DNA of 64,000 nucleotides from Amphiscolops sp. MND2022 (lineage: Eukaryota): positions 96,660,001-96,724,000 of the forward strand of contig OZ076409.1 in NCBI GenBank assembly GCA_964187785.1, read 5' to 3'. Shown in pieces: positions 34,399 to 45,849 of the stretch; position 1 is the stretch's first letter, and every line of letters starts with the position of its first letter. The notes beneath the pieces are model-generated. The model made no database searches and was not told the origin of the DNA. It saw only the letters and a list, made by a program, of their open reading frames with translations. A program made the position numbers and the translations under genes.

Positions 34399-37300
34399 TT
34401 TTCTCACAATCATGTCGAGCTCGGGTTGTTATACTTCTTGTTACCAATAAAACGCGAACATTTCACGCAAATTAGAATCAATTTTCGCACTTGGTTTTTG
34501 CAACCTGGTATCCAGAAGCGAGTTCTTATTTGCGCAATTGTTTGTGTGGCTCCTCCGTGTAAAGTGAAGTGATGAGCGTCTAAGGTGACCATTCTTGCTA
34601 ATTCGCTCTTCTCAGGAATCAGTCTTGGATATTTAGTTTCTCCTGGAAGGCCAGCTTAAGCTAGCCGGCAACCCACACACAGAATACCTTCATGCAGAAC
34701 GGATAAAGTTTACTCAGTTTGCTCTGTGGCTTTACTTGTGTCTTCGTCTCAAGTGTTTTAATTTCAGTAGAGAAACGTTTGTACTGCTCCTGGCGTAGTG
34801 AAGTTTCAAAGCTTCTTGCATCTCTGTTGTCGTTGGAAAGTTGGTACAATTTGCATTATTGCGTTTACACTTATCAATGAATCTCCTGATTTGGACTACT
34901 TACCGAAGCGTTTTCCGGAAAGAGTTTTGTTCGCGTAAGTTTATTACATCACTGCTGTGATCAATTGGTTCTTGAATTAGCGTTGCAAGTGTTCGAATTG
35001 TCTTAGCACACTGTTTCTTTTCTTCACTTGTGCCTTGCGGCTGAAACGGTTCGGGAAAGTTTTCTGTAGTCAGCCACTGAGGGCCTGACCACCATTGGGA
35101 ACAATTTTTCAACTTCGAAGGATCAACACCTCTTGACACAATGTCAGCTGGGTTGTCATGCGTTACTACGTGACTCCATTTCAAGGAGTCAATTTCTTGA
35201 ATTTTTGCAACTCGGTTAGCTGCAAACGTTGACCAGCAGTTGGCTTCAGCCGCCAGCCAGCTTAACACTATCGTTGAGTCCGTCCAAACGTAAACTGCTC
35301 AATGTGTAAATTCAGTTTGCTAAGACTTTCTGAGACTGCTTTCATTAACGTACAACCTAGTAGTGCTGCACAAAGTTCCAAACGAGGAATTGACTGTGCT
35401 TTTAACGGGCCACTTTTGCTTTGGCAGATAACAAAGTTGCTTTCCCCCCGCCCCTTTCATCTGCAGTTAATACATAAATGAGAGCGCCATAACCAGTCTG
35501 CGACGCGTCACATAAAACATGCATTGCAACCAAATCGGTTTGCTTCTCCTTGAGAACGAATCTGCTAAGTTTTATTTTCTTTCAGATCAATCAGATTTGA
35601 CCTGCATTCCAAGTAGTTTTCTGCTAAGTCGTCGGGAAGATTGTCATCCCAATCCAACTTGGCAACCCAAATTGCTTGCATCAAGCTTTTCAACTTGATG
35701 CTTATTGGCGACAGCCAGCACAGTGGGTCAAAATTTTTCGCTAGGTCACTCAAAACCTGCCGTTTTTCAAGTGCCGTTGCTGGAATTATTTCGTCAATTT
35801 GTTTCAATTTGAAATGAAATACGTCAAATTTCGGATTCCACACGATCCCCAATGTTTTGATGTTCTGTGTGTCTTGAAGGAATTCGAGGTCTTCGTTCGC
35901 CTCTCGATAATCTTGAGGTAAGGACAAAGTGACATGCGGTTCGCTACACGTCCACTTCCTCAAAACGAATTGTGCCTTTTTCAAAGTGTTAATTAGGCTT
36001 GTCTGCAGTTGTTTAGCTTCCTGTTCACTAGGTGCTCCTGTTAGAATGTCATCGATGAAAAAATCCCGTAGGATTGCCTTTGACGTTTCGATTGGAGTGT
36101 CATCAGCCTTTGCACAATCTGATAGTGAACAGATTGAATGATAGAAAGAGCTTGCTACGCTATACGTTACTCTTGTCATACGGTACATTTGAACGTCTTC
36201 TTTTGGACTAAACCGCCAAAGCAGTCTATGCTAATCGCGATGTTTTTCTCTGAGCTCGACTTGTCGATACATTTTAGCTACATCTGCACTCATTCCAATT
36301 TTGAAGAAGCGAAATCGAATCCGAATATCAAAATTGTCATCCTGTAGTTTAGGACCTACCACGAGACACTCATTTAAGGATATTCCTGTGGTGGTCTTCG
36401 CACTCGCGTCAAAAACTACCCTCAACGTCGTGGTGGTGCTGTCAAATTTTAGAACACAGACTTGTGGCAAGTAATAGCAATTTTTTGTCCTTAGCTCCTT
36501 TTCAGGGACTTTTTCCAAATGACCTAAATACATGTATTCTCTCACGAAGTTACTGTACTCATCGTGCAGCTTTTTGTTGCTCAAGAGTTTTTTCTCCACG
36601 TTTAGGAAACGTTTCATTGCGATAGCTTTTCTATGTTCTTATTAAAAGGCAATTCAACAACGAATCGACCATCATCTCTACGCTTTGTGGTTTGATCGAA
36701 TTGGATTTTACATTCCTTCTCTTCATTCGAGAGATGTTTTTTATCGGGAACGCTTTCTAATTCCCAAAAACTTGGAATTAGGTCTTCAGTGCAGCTTGAA
36801 GGTGCAATCAGTGACGTGTTGGCGAAAATTTGAAAACTGTTTTCCAATTCTGATTTTTGGAAAGGTGCAGAAACAATCCACCCAAAGAGAGATACACGTA
36901 TGTCGACACCATGGTCCTTAATTCGATTATCTAACATACCTTCTTCAAGCACATCAGCACCTAGAAGAATGTCTAATTTACCAGGCACATTGAACGTGGG
37001 GTCTGCTAACTGCAGATGGTTGACATGACGCAATTGTGAAACATCAATTGGTTCTGTAGATATTTCGTTCGTAATTTTTAGAGTTACATGGAGATTGGTC
37101 TCAACAACAGCGTTGAGTTTCATAGCAATCAAGCCCAGGGTTTTCTGCGTTTTTGCAGCTCCGAGAGCAGCGATTGGTGCTTGTATTTTTTCAATTGGAA
37201 GCATAAGAGCCTTCGCCTTAGCCTATAGTTATAAACTAGCTTGCGAGCCAGAATCTAGAAGTGCGTGCATCGAAATTTCATTGTCGGCCTTATCACGAAG

Positions 37301-38435
37301 CGACACGTAGGCTGTTGAAAACAAAACATGGCTGAACGGCGAAGAGTGGGAGGGAGAAGACTGCTGTTGGCATTCTGTTGTTGCATTGCAGTGATTATTT
37401 ACAACATTTTTGTGGTTTTTCTTTTCTGTTTCAGTGCTAGCTGCATTCGACTGAATCGTTCTTTTAGTCAATGAGTTTGCTTGCAAACTCTTGTCGCGAT
37501 GGAAGAGAGTGTGGTGCTTCATTTTGCACTCTCTGCAGGTATTCTTAGAGGTACATGCTCCAACTCAATGACCAGATTGCAAAGAAATGAAACATAAATG
37601 TTTTGATCTAACGAGTTTTGTTCTATCAGAAACTGACAGGCTTTTAAAATGCGGACACGCATGAATTTTATGAGGCTTAGAACAAGCTTCGTTACAGACA
37701 CATTTTGTTGAGTACGATTGGATTCTACGGTCTTGCTTTGAATTGTCAGTGTTGCTCGTTTGGGCTTTGGAATATTCCTTAACATTACCAAGTTCGAGAT
37801 TTCGACTTCGTGAATCTAAAAACTTCACGAGATCTTGCCACTGTAGAAGATCCGTGCCTGGATGGCCAATTGCCATTGTTTTTTGGATTCATTGTCTAAC
37901 TTTTCCGTAATCCAAAATATCAATCATGAGTTCCACGCATGTGTTGGTTCGCCTAGTTCTTTTAAAGCTCTCAAGTGTTCATTTGTTGTCTCTGGAACTT
38001 TTCGCAACCCTAGACCAGAATCACATATCATGCTATGTTGAAAGCATGATTTCACTTATCACTTTCAAATGCGCCTGTACAATGCAACGCTTGTTTTTGT
38101 ACCTATCTCGCAGGAGTGTCAAGGCAAATTCATAATTGGCATCCGTAATCATAAGCGAGCTTATCAGCTTTGCAGCGTCTCCCTTGAGACACGCTCGAAG
38201 GTACGTCAACTTTTCTGACTTGGTTAATTGCATATTTGAATCTACGGATGCTCTAAAAAGATCTATAAATGAAGTCCATTCAGAGTAAGAGCCTGTAAAA
38301 CTTGGCAGTTGTAATTTTGGCAGCTTCATTTTACTGGTGGTGGTTCCTGAAGTGACGTCAGAAGTCGAAGTTTTACGTGACAATGCTTTTTGTTTGTATA
38401 TAGAGTCTGGCGAGGTTCTTTAGAAAGCTATTTCT

Positions 38436-38582
38436 CATGATGATGAAGAAGTTTATTTCCCCAATTCCGGGGTTGGACGCCGAATAAGCCGTTCTGCTAT
38501 TCTGAGTCGAGTCGGTGCCCTTTGGAACTTGATACCGTCCCAGTACAGGCGGAATGCTCTAACCACTACACCATGCTCCCCC
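38436..38582 (-). mobile_element. tRNA-headed SINE, internally deleted
   Basis: Minus strand starts GGGGAGCATGGTGTAGTGGTTAGAGCA (A box) and joins the tail shared with 22712-22921, ending CTTCTTCATCATCAT. Confidence 0.65.
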
Positions 38583-41099
38583 TTTGATACTTTGGTTCTT
38601 TTCTGTTTAACCCCCATCACCTAATATATTTGAAAAGTATTGTGAAAATATTAAAATAAAAAGACTTAGGACTAAATTGTAACCCTTCACTTTTATTTTC
38701 ATTCTCAGGATGACAGTTTAGAATTGAGATACAAACTTTGTTGATACTATATTTCCTTATAAAGTCACGCATTCTTGTTGAAATCTCAATAGCTTCCTGT
38801 TTTGAGTCACAAAAAACAGTTAATTTTCAACATATTCACAGTCAAAAGGTGTGGAAAATGATTTCGAACAAAGAACTATTGCAATAGATTTTCAATTTCA
38901 TGTTATGGAAAAAATTCACTTCGAATTCAACTTGTTTAGAAAATTTTTCTAAAATCCCTCAAAACATTTTGACGTTTAATAGAAAAGAGCCGATACCTTG
39001 ACCAACAACACGATGGCCCATCGACGGGAATTCAATGCGGTCTTTTCGATGGCCCATGGCAAAAAGTCGACGGCCATGTCAATGGCCTATCGATGGGCTG
39101 CCCTGGGATCCCAACTCAGTCCTTAAAATGAAGATCCAGGTCCTTCCACCTGGATCCATACAAAAAGAAATCCAGTGGTTTTGTTTTTTGGAGGCTTCGA
39201 TGCTAGCCACCAGTATCAGGCAAAAAAATGAGTAGTTCGTCAGGTGAGCAACATGTTGCAATTATGGACGTATTCGACATTATCAATAAAGAAGGCCAAA
39301 CGGACCATGTCATCTATTTTACCCAAAAAAAACTGCGGCGGGGGAAATTAAGACAGAAGGTTCAAATACCATTATGTGGACATCATTTGCGTTGAAATTT
39401 TGGCCCAATAAAATGGTTGATGTCGACATAATCCTATCCATTACATTGACTCTCAGTTAAAAGTTGCTCATTAGATTTTATAGCGGACAAAATTTGCGTT
39501 GAAATAGAGGCCTTTTTATACAATTTTAGCTTGTTCCAAACGTAAATTTTTGCCATGTTGGACAATAATATCAAAATATTATGGTAATTTTTTTTTGCCT
39601 GAAGTGTCCAAACAATTTTAGAAACAATCCTCTAAGTATTTACATTCATATAATATTCTCTTATTAGTGAAATATTTTTATTCAAGAACAAAATGTGCTT
39701 TCGTGTTGGGGGAATATTCCCAATAAGGTGTTGGGATAGATGACATGGTCCCAAAGCGGTTCTGTGTTAATTGAAATCAAATGCGAAAACTATGTTACAA
39801 CATTCAGAAAAGTTGGTGCTAAAATGCTAAGTTCCATGAAATTCTGAAAATTGTTTGCTGCCAAATCGCTTTGACGCACTTGGCTGTAAAACGCTTGCAA
39901 GCAGGTATTGTTTCTGAAGCAAAACTCAAACGCTGAAGAAATTCCCGCTAAGTTCCATGTGACAAATTACGTCATCGTTCAATTGCTTCTCACTCACTAC
40001 ATTGCTGTGAATATTCTGCTTAGTCACAGTTGACTTGATACAGATAGCATCTGCTGTGTTCAGAGATTTATTTGAAATTATGTTTCCAAACCAGTTTTTG
40101 GCTCTTTTGTGTAAACAAAATATATTTTTTTAAAAAAGACTTGAATACAAACCAGAAACCTTCATTTTTATTTCATTTCCAGTGTGACAATTTGGATATA
40201 TTGAGATAAAAAATTTGTTCACACTATTTTTCCTCATGAAGTCACTCATTTTTGATGAGAAAATTGAAGGCTTCCTGTTTTGCGGCACAAAAAAACAATT
40301 AACACAATCAAAATTACAGTTTAAATGTGTGAAAAATGTTTTGTTCATACAAAAAATTATTCCAATTGACGTTAACTTCCAGTTATGAAGTGTTTTACTT
40401 TTAATTAGGCTAGTTTGAATTTTCAAGGAAATTTACTTCCAAAAAATTTGGTGGTGGAGGGTTGAAAAGATTCCAGTTTTTGAACCGCTGGTTGTATTAC
40501 AAGTTTCAATTTAATTCCTCCAAATACTTAATGCAAGGGAACTAATCAAATCAACGCGGTGTACCTGTTTTTTAAATGCCCCGAACCACTGTTGTGAAGA
40601 AAAATTCTAACTCTAATTTTTCTGCAATTCTTACAGGCTTTTTAAAAACCTTGCTTAATTAAACACTCAGATAATCTGAAATTACAGAAAAGATCCTATC
40701 ATTCTGTAGTGTTTTTGAATTTTTGAAACTCTTACACATTTTTGATTTCAAATAAATATTGTCATACAAATTCCCCCCAACATTCCGAATCTGACGGTTT
40801 GATCTTCTCGGCAATATTGTAAATTGTTTTAGTAAGAACTTGTTCGAAGATGTTCAATCTCAAAATCATATCATATTTCTTCTATTTTCGAAAAAAAACT
40901 TTTATATGCAGCCTCTTTTTTCGAAGGTATCGTAATGATTCAGAAATCAAACATATTAAACGTTCCGTTACATCAAAGGATCGACTGAAAATAATTATTT
41001 CGAAACAATTTGAGCGAAACTAAGCCAAAAGTTAGAAAAATTCAACTTTGGACTCAATTACGCTCAAAATTATCATTAGTATATCATTTTGAACAAAGG

Positions 41100-43450
41100 T
41101 CTTTGTAACGTCTCTGTAAGCATTCGAAAAAGTGAAAAAAAGTGAGAAAAGTAGCGGAATTAACCCATTTCAAACGAAATAAACTGTTAAAAATCTTTTG
41201 CGATGCAAGGTTTAGGAGCGGTGCTTCAGCAACGAGAAGAAGAAGGATGGAAACCAATTTCATATGCATCAAAATTTTTGACGGAATTAGAAACAGAATA
41301 TTCCATAAATGAATGAGAGCAACTTTCTATGGTGTGGTCAGTAGAGCATTTCAAAAATTACGTATAAGGGTTGAACTTTGGAGTAATGTCAGACCACAAA
41401 GCGTTTCAAAGTGTACTAAAATCTAACAAAAAAAAACGTTTTCAAGCAGGTTGACACGATGGGTCGATAGATTGCTTCCCTTTAATTTTAACGTAGTACA
41501 CCTCCGGGGAGAACATTGGGATTAGCAGACTATCTTTCGCGCCATCCCTCTGAGTATGAACGAACAACGGTAAAATCGGAGGAAATGTTAAACAGTGATG
41601 TTAAACATCACGATTAATGTGGTTGAAGAGGTTGCACCGACAATGCATAGAAAAGAGGCCAGTGAGAATGAACCAATCAGAGGCGAGATAGCAAAAGGAG
41701 GTAAGCGAAAGGCAATAGAGAGCAGCGTCCTTACAGTTCACGCATCAACGCAGTCTCATCGTTAAAAAAAACAAACAATCAAAGCAACTAACTTTCTCAA
41801 ATCAATTAACGGATAACTTTAAAATGTCAAACGAACAAGGTTTGCCAAATTCTGAGATCAGTCAAATTTACGTCTAAGCAAATTATGAGGCAGATAAACA
41901 CATTCAAAATATTATTCGTCTAGTTAAAGACAAATACGTAGCGGTGATTTCGAGACTTCCACCTCCTTGGAGAGAGAAAATTTACTCGTTTACTGTCGAT
42001 TCTCAAATTTGTTATACATGGACCAAAGACTTGTTGTACCAAAAGACATGCGTGTGAACGTGTTAAGGGCCATATTTTTCGGCCATGCAGGCAGAGATGC
42101 GATGCTCCGAGAAGTGTCGGACGTCTGGTGGCCGAGAGTTCATCGAGAAATTGTAGAAAGGGACCAACAGTGCACCGAAGGCCAGAAGTCAGGTAAAAAT
42201 CTAAAATTTTTGAAATCCCAATAGGAGCTTGGAAAAATACCGGAAGCAAGCCAACCAAATGACGCAATTTCGCTCGATTTTGTTGGGTCGTTTCAGAATG
42301 CCTACGAGCAGAAAAAGTTCTTAATAGTTTCATTGGACAACAGCCAAATTTTATTTTTACCAAACCCTACGGCGGACAGAGTAATTGAGTTTTTACAAGA
42401 ATATATAGCGGCAAATGAAATTCCAAAAGTATAAGAACGAATCCGGGAACGGTTTTCACCGGGGAATTCAAATTCAAACAATTTTGCAAAGAAAGATTCA
42501 TCCAACTCGGTATTTGACCAATAAGAGACCTTAGGGGGAATGGAAAGGTGGAAAGAATGATACGGACAGTTAACCAAATGCTAAGAATGAATAAAAAAAT
42601 GTTAGTACAACGAAATTCATATCAAACATACTTTTTGCACTAAGAACAGAAAAAGGGGCAGACGGAAAATCAGCTTTTGAAAAACAAACGGGTAGATTAC
42701 CGAATACATTGAAACCGGCTATGATCAAAAAGTGTATTTTAGAGAAAGATCCCTCAACATCGGGCTACACGATTTTAGTGAAGAGGCCGTTTCGACAATA
42801 CTTGTCAGAGAGCGCGTCCGTGGGACGAAACTGGAAGGGGTTTTTTAAAAAGTCAAAGGACAAGTCACGCGCCAAGCGGAGATTACTATCACAATGGTGC
42901 CAAAACGGGGAAAACCTGCAATATACTTCAAACGCGACGTGGCGATGCCAACCCGAAGGGATGAAGGAGAAGCAAGCAGCTCGAAAAGGCCAGGCACAAA
43001 GAAAAAGCCCAATGAAGGAAAAAAGGCAAACACAGAAGAAGTAGAGAAAGAGACAGTCCCACCATTTTAGCGGTAAATGGATAAACTGGAGATTGGCCAA
43101 CCAACAACTGCGGAGCATACAGAACTAGAAGCTGCTATGGAATTCGCGAATCGAGACGTCACACGTGAAACAACAAGAGTTGAATCATCTTAACAAGAAA
43201 CTGGAGAAAAAGGATCGAGTGGAGGAAGACTACAAAAAGGTGCCAGTACCCATTGAAGGCGAAGTTATATGGGAAAGAAAAGATTCCAACACGAAGCTCC
43301 TCAAGAGTAGCCAGAAAGCCCAATTGGTTGGGAAACAGCGTGATGGTAGAACAAGAATCGAGTGCGGGCGAAAGCGAGCATAGTGTGTACGAAACAGAGG
43401 CTCCACAAAGGAACCAAGAATTTTGAAGTAGAAGAAACTTCGCGAAACTA
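41100..43450 (+). pseudogene. Heavily decayed Gypsy pol fragment (RNase H - integrase)
   Basis: Remnants GWKPISYASKFL..YSINE, DHKA, ADYLSRHP, RLVVPKDMR..GHAGRDAML..WWP, LDFVGSF. Many stops. Confidence 0.85.
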
Positions 43451-44849
43451 TACATAATAAAATTGTATGTGATTGGAAACTAAAACGCAATACTAACATT
43501 ACTCTATTGTTGATGCTAACGTTTTACGTTTCAATCTTATTCAACGTTGCTAAGCAACTGGTATGGCTAATCTTAAAATGTCTTGTAGAAACACGTACTG
43601 GTTTTAGTTGTATGATGTACATAATTATATCCTAGGACATATTGAAATTGAAAAAAAGTTTGTAAAATTGTTTTAGTAACGAAAAACGTTGCTATTGGTC
43701 AGTCGAGAACCAATCATGAGGCATCGCATTATGCAGTGAATTGTCATCTTTAGTGTAAATGTAAAATAGTACTCTTTGGTATTATTATCTAGTTGTGTTG
43801 TCATAACCAAAAGGGGGAATGTGGTAGAGTCAGTAGACCTATACAGACCCTGAAAGTATTGGTGAGAAAATGTAAAAGTGCAATGAAGTTTAAAATACGT
43901 AATTATAACAACCTGCCAAATTGAGCTCACGTGACAAAACAAGCGTAACTGCCATATATCTTAATACGCACTTAAAACAGTTGCTAGTCAAATTCTTCTT
44001 ACCTGCACTCTGAGTTCGACAGACGTTTTCATGGCCTAACGTTTCTCATGATCAACCTGATTTTTTGTGTGGATGTCATTCCGGGTTTGTCAAGTTTGTT
44101 ACAATAGAGATAAATTTGGTCTTTTCAAAAACTGCAATCTAGCTCAAACTTCGGCTTGTTGTTTGAGTGATAGTGCTGTTTCGAAACGTCAAACGTATTA
44201 GAAGAAATTACCCTGTTTGATGATTTCAATTTTTTCAATAACAAGTTTTCAATAACATAAATTTTCAATGACAGAAACTTTCAATAACAGTAGTCGTTAG
44301 TGAATCCGAAAATAGGTTTTGTTTCAATCGTTTTGTTTCAGTTCTTCAGTTCAACGTCTTTCAATTGAAGCGTGAAAGTTTGATTTCAGTTTCCGCTTTT
44401 GTTTTGGAAAGAAATTCTCAACAGTTCTAACATCAGTTAGGTAGTTCAAAGTAAAAACTAAGAATTTCAGTAAAAGTAAAGTTTTTCCATAGTGATAGTA
44501 GTTTAACGTTTAGTAAAAAATATCAACCATCCTCCAGAAAATTTTTAAATCAAAATGTTTTTCATTTTCCCAAAAAGGTAGCAGAAGGTTGAGTTCAGTA
44601 TCTAAAACTTCTTTACAATAATTAAAGTCATTATTTTACACTCCAAATACAGAATAAAAAACTGCATCAAAATTTTGAGCTTCTCTCATACTTTTTAGGA
44701 GTCTGAAAAATTTTTCGACTACTTATGCAATCGTGCTGTTTTTTTTCTCCCGACCTTTTCATGAAAATTTCAAATTTCTCAAAAACTGTCCATCCGATTT
44801 TTATAAAATTTTGCACAGTCATTCTACACCCAAAGGGGCCCCTGCGTGC

Positions 44850-45849
44850 GCAATGGCATCAAAATCGTATAGCTGGGATTTGAGAAACATAGCCAAAATT
44901 AGCCCAAAAATGGCTAAAAAACAGCCATTTTTCGACTTTTTTCGATTTTCTCAAAAACTGTCCATACGATTCGAACGAAATTTTCTACAGTTATTCTACA
45001 CCATATTAGATTCCTATATGTGCAATGGCATCAAAATCGTATGGCTGGGATGTGAGAAACATAGCCAAAATTAGCCCAAAAATGGCCAAAAAACAGCCAT
45101 TTTTCGACTTTTTTCGATTTTCTCAAAAACTGTCAATACGATTCGAACGAAATTTTCTACAGTTATTCTACACCATATTAGAGTCCTATATGTGCAATGG
45201 CATCAAAATCGTATGACTGGGATGTGAGAAACACAGCCAAAATTAGCCCAAAAATGGCTAAAAAACAGCCATTTTTCGACTTTTTTCGATTTTCTCAAAA
45301 AGTGTCCATACGATTCGAACGAAATTTTCTACAGTTATTCTACACCATATTAGAGTCCTATATGTGCAATGACATCAAAATCGTATGTCTGGAATGTGAG
45401 AAACATAGCCAAAATTAGCCCAAAAATGGCCAAAAAACCGCCATTTTTCGACTCTTTTCGATTTTCTCAAAAACTGTCCATACGATTCGAACGAAGTTTT
45501 CTACAGTTATTCTACACCATATTAGAGTCCTATTTGTGCAATGGCATCAAAATCGTATGGCTGGGATGTGAGAAACATAGCCAAAATTAGCCCAAAAATG
45601 GCCAAAAAACCGCCATTTTTCGACTCTTTTCGATTTTCTCAAAAACTGTCCATACGACTCGAACGAAATTTTCTACAGTTATTCTACACTATATTAGAGG
45701 TGCCATATGTTCTACACCATATGTGCAATGACATCAAAATCGTATGTCTGGGATGTGAGAAACAGCCAAAATTAGCCCAAAAATGGCCAAAAAACAGCCA
45801 TTTTTCGACTCTTTTCGATTATCTCAAAAACTGTCCATACGATTCGAAC
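44850..45849. repeat. 172-bp tandem array (~6 units, continuing at 48526-48665) inside a family A element
   Basis: ATGGCATCAAAATCGTATG or a close variant recurs at 45025, 45197, 45369 and 45541. Confidence 0.95.

Larger units (their letters stand above)
33393..34433 (+). mobile_element. Tandem TRIM (three 167-bp LTRs, two 91-bp internal regions) with a tRNA-like sequence in each LTR
   Basis: LTRs at 33393-33917 (interrupted), 34009-34175 and 34267-34433 have TATAACAA/TTGTTATA ends. PBS TGGTAGCCATTACA lies 1 nt after the LTR; PPT AGAAGGGAATAA abuts the next LTR. 4-bp TSD CTTC at 33389-33392 and 34434-34437. Confidence 0.9.
32990..38383 (-). mobile_element. Decayed BEL/Pao LTR retrotransposon (gag-PR-RT-RNase H-IN pseudogene)
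   Basis: gag KLPKLQLPSFTGSYSEW; protease ALLDSGSQ; RT LRVVFDAS, FFIDDILTG; RNase H region FAANRVAKIQ..DNPADIVSRG; integrase HGG..RFWI..CVKC, GLDFGGP, SDNATNF. Many frameshifts and stops. LTRs not located. Confidence 0.93.
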
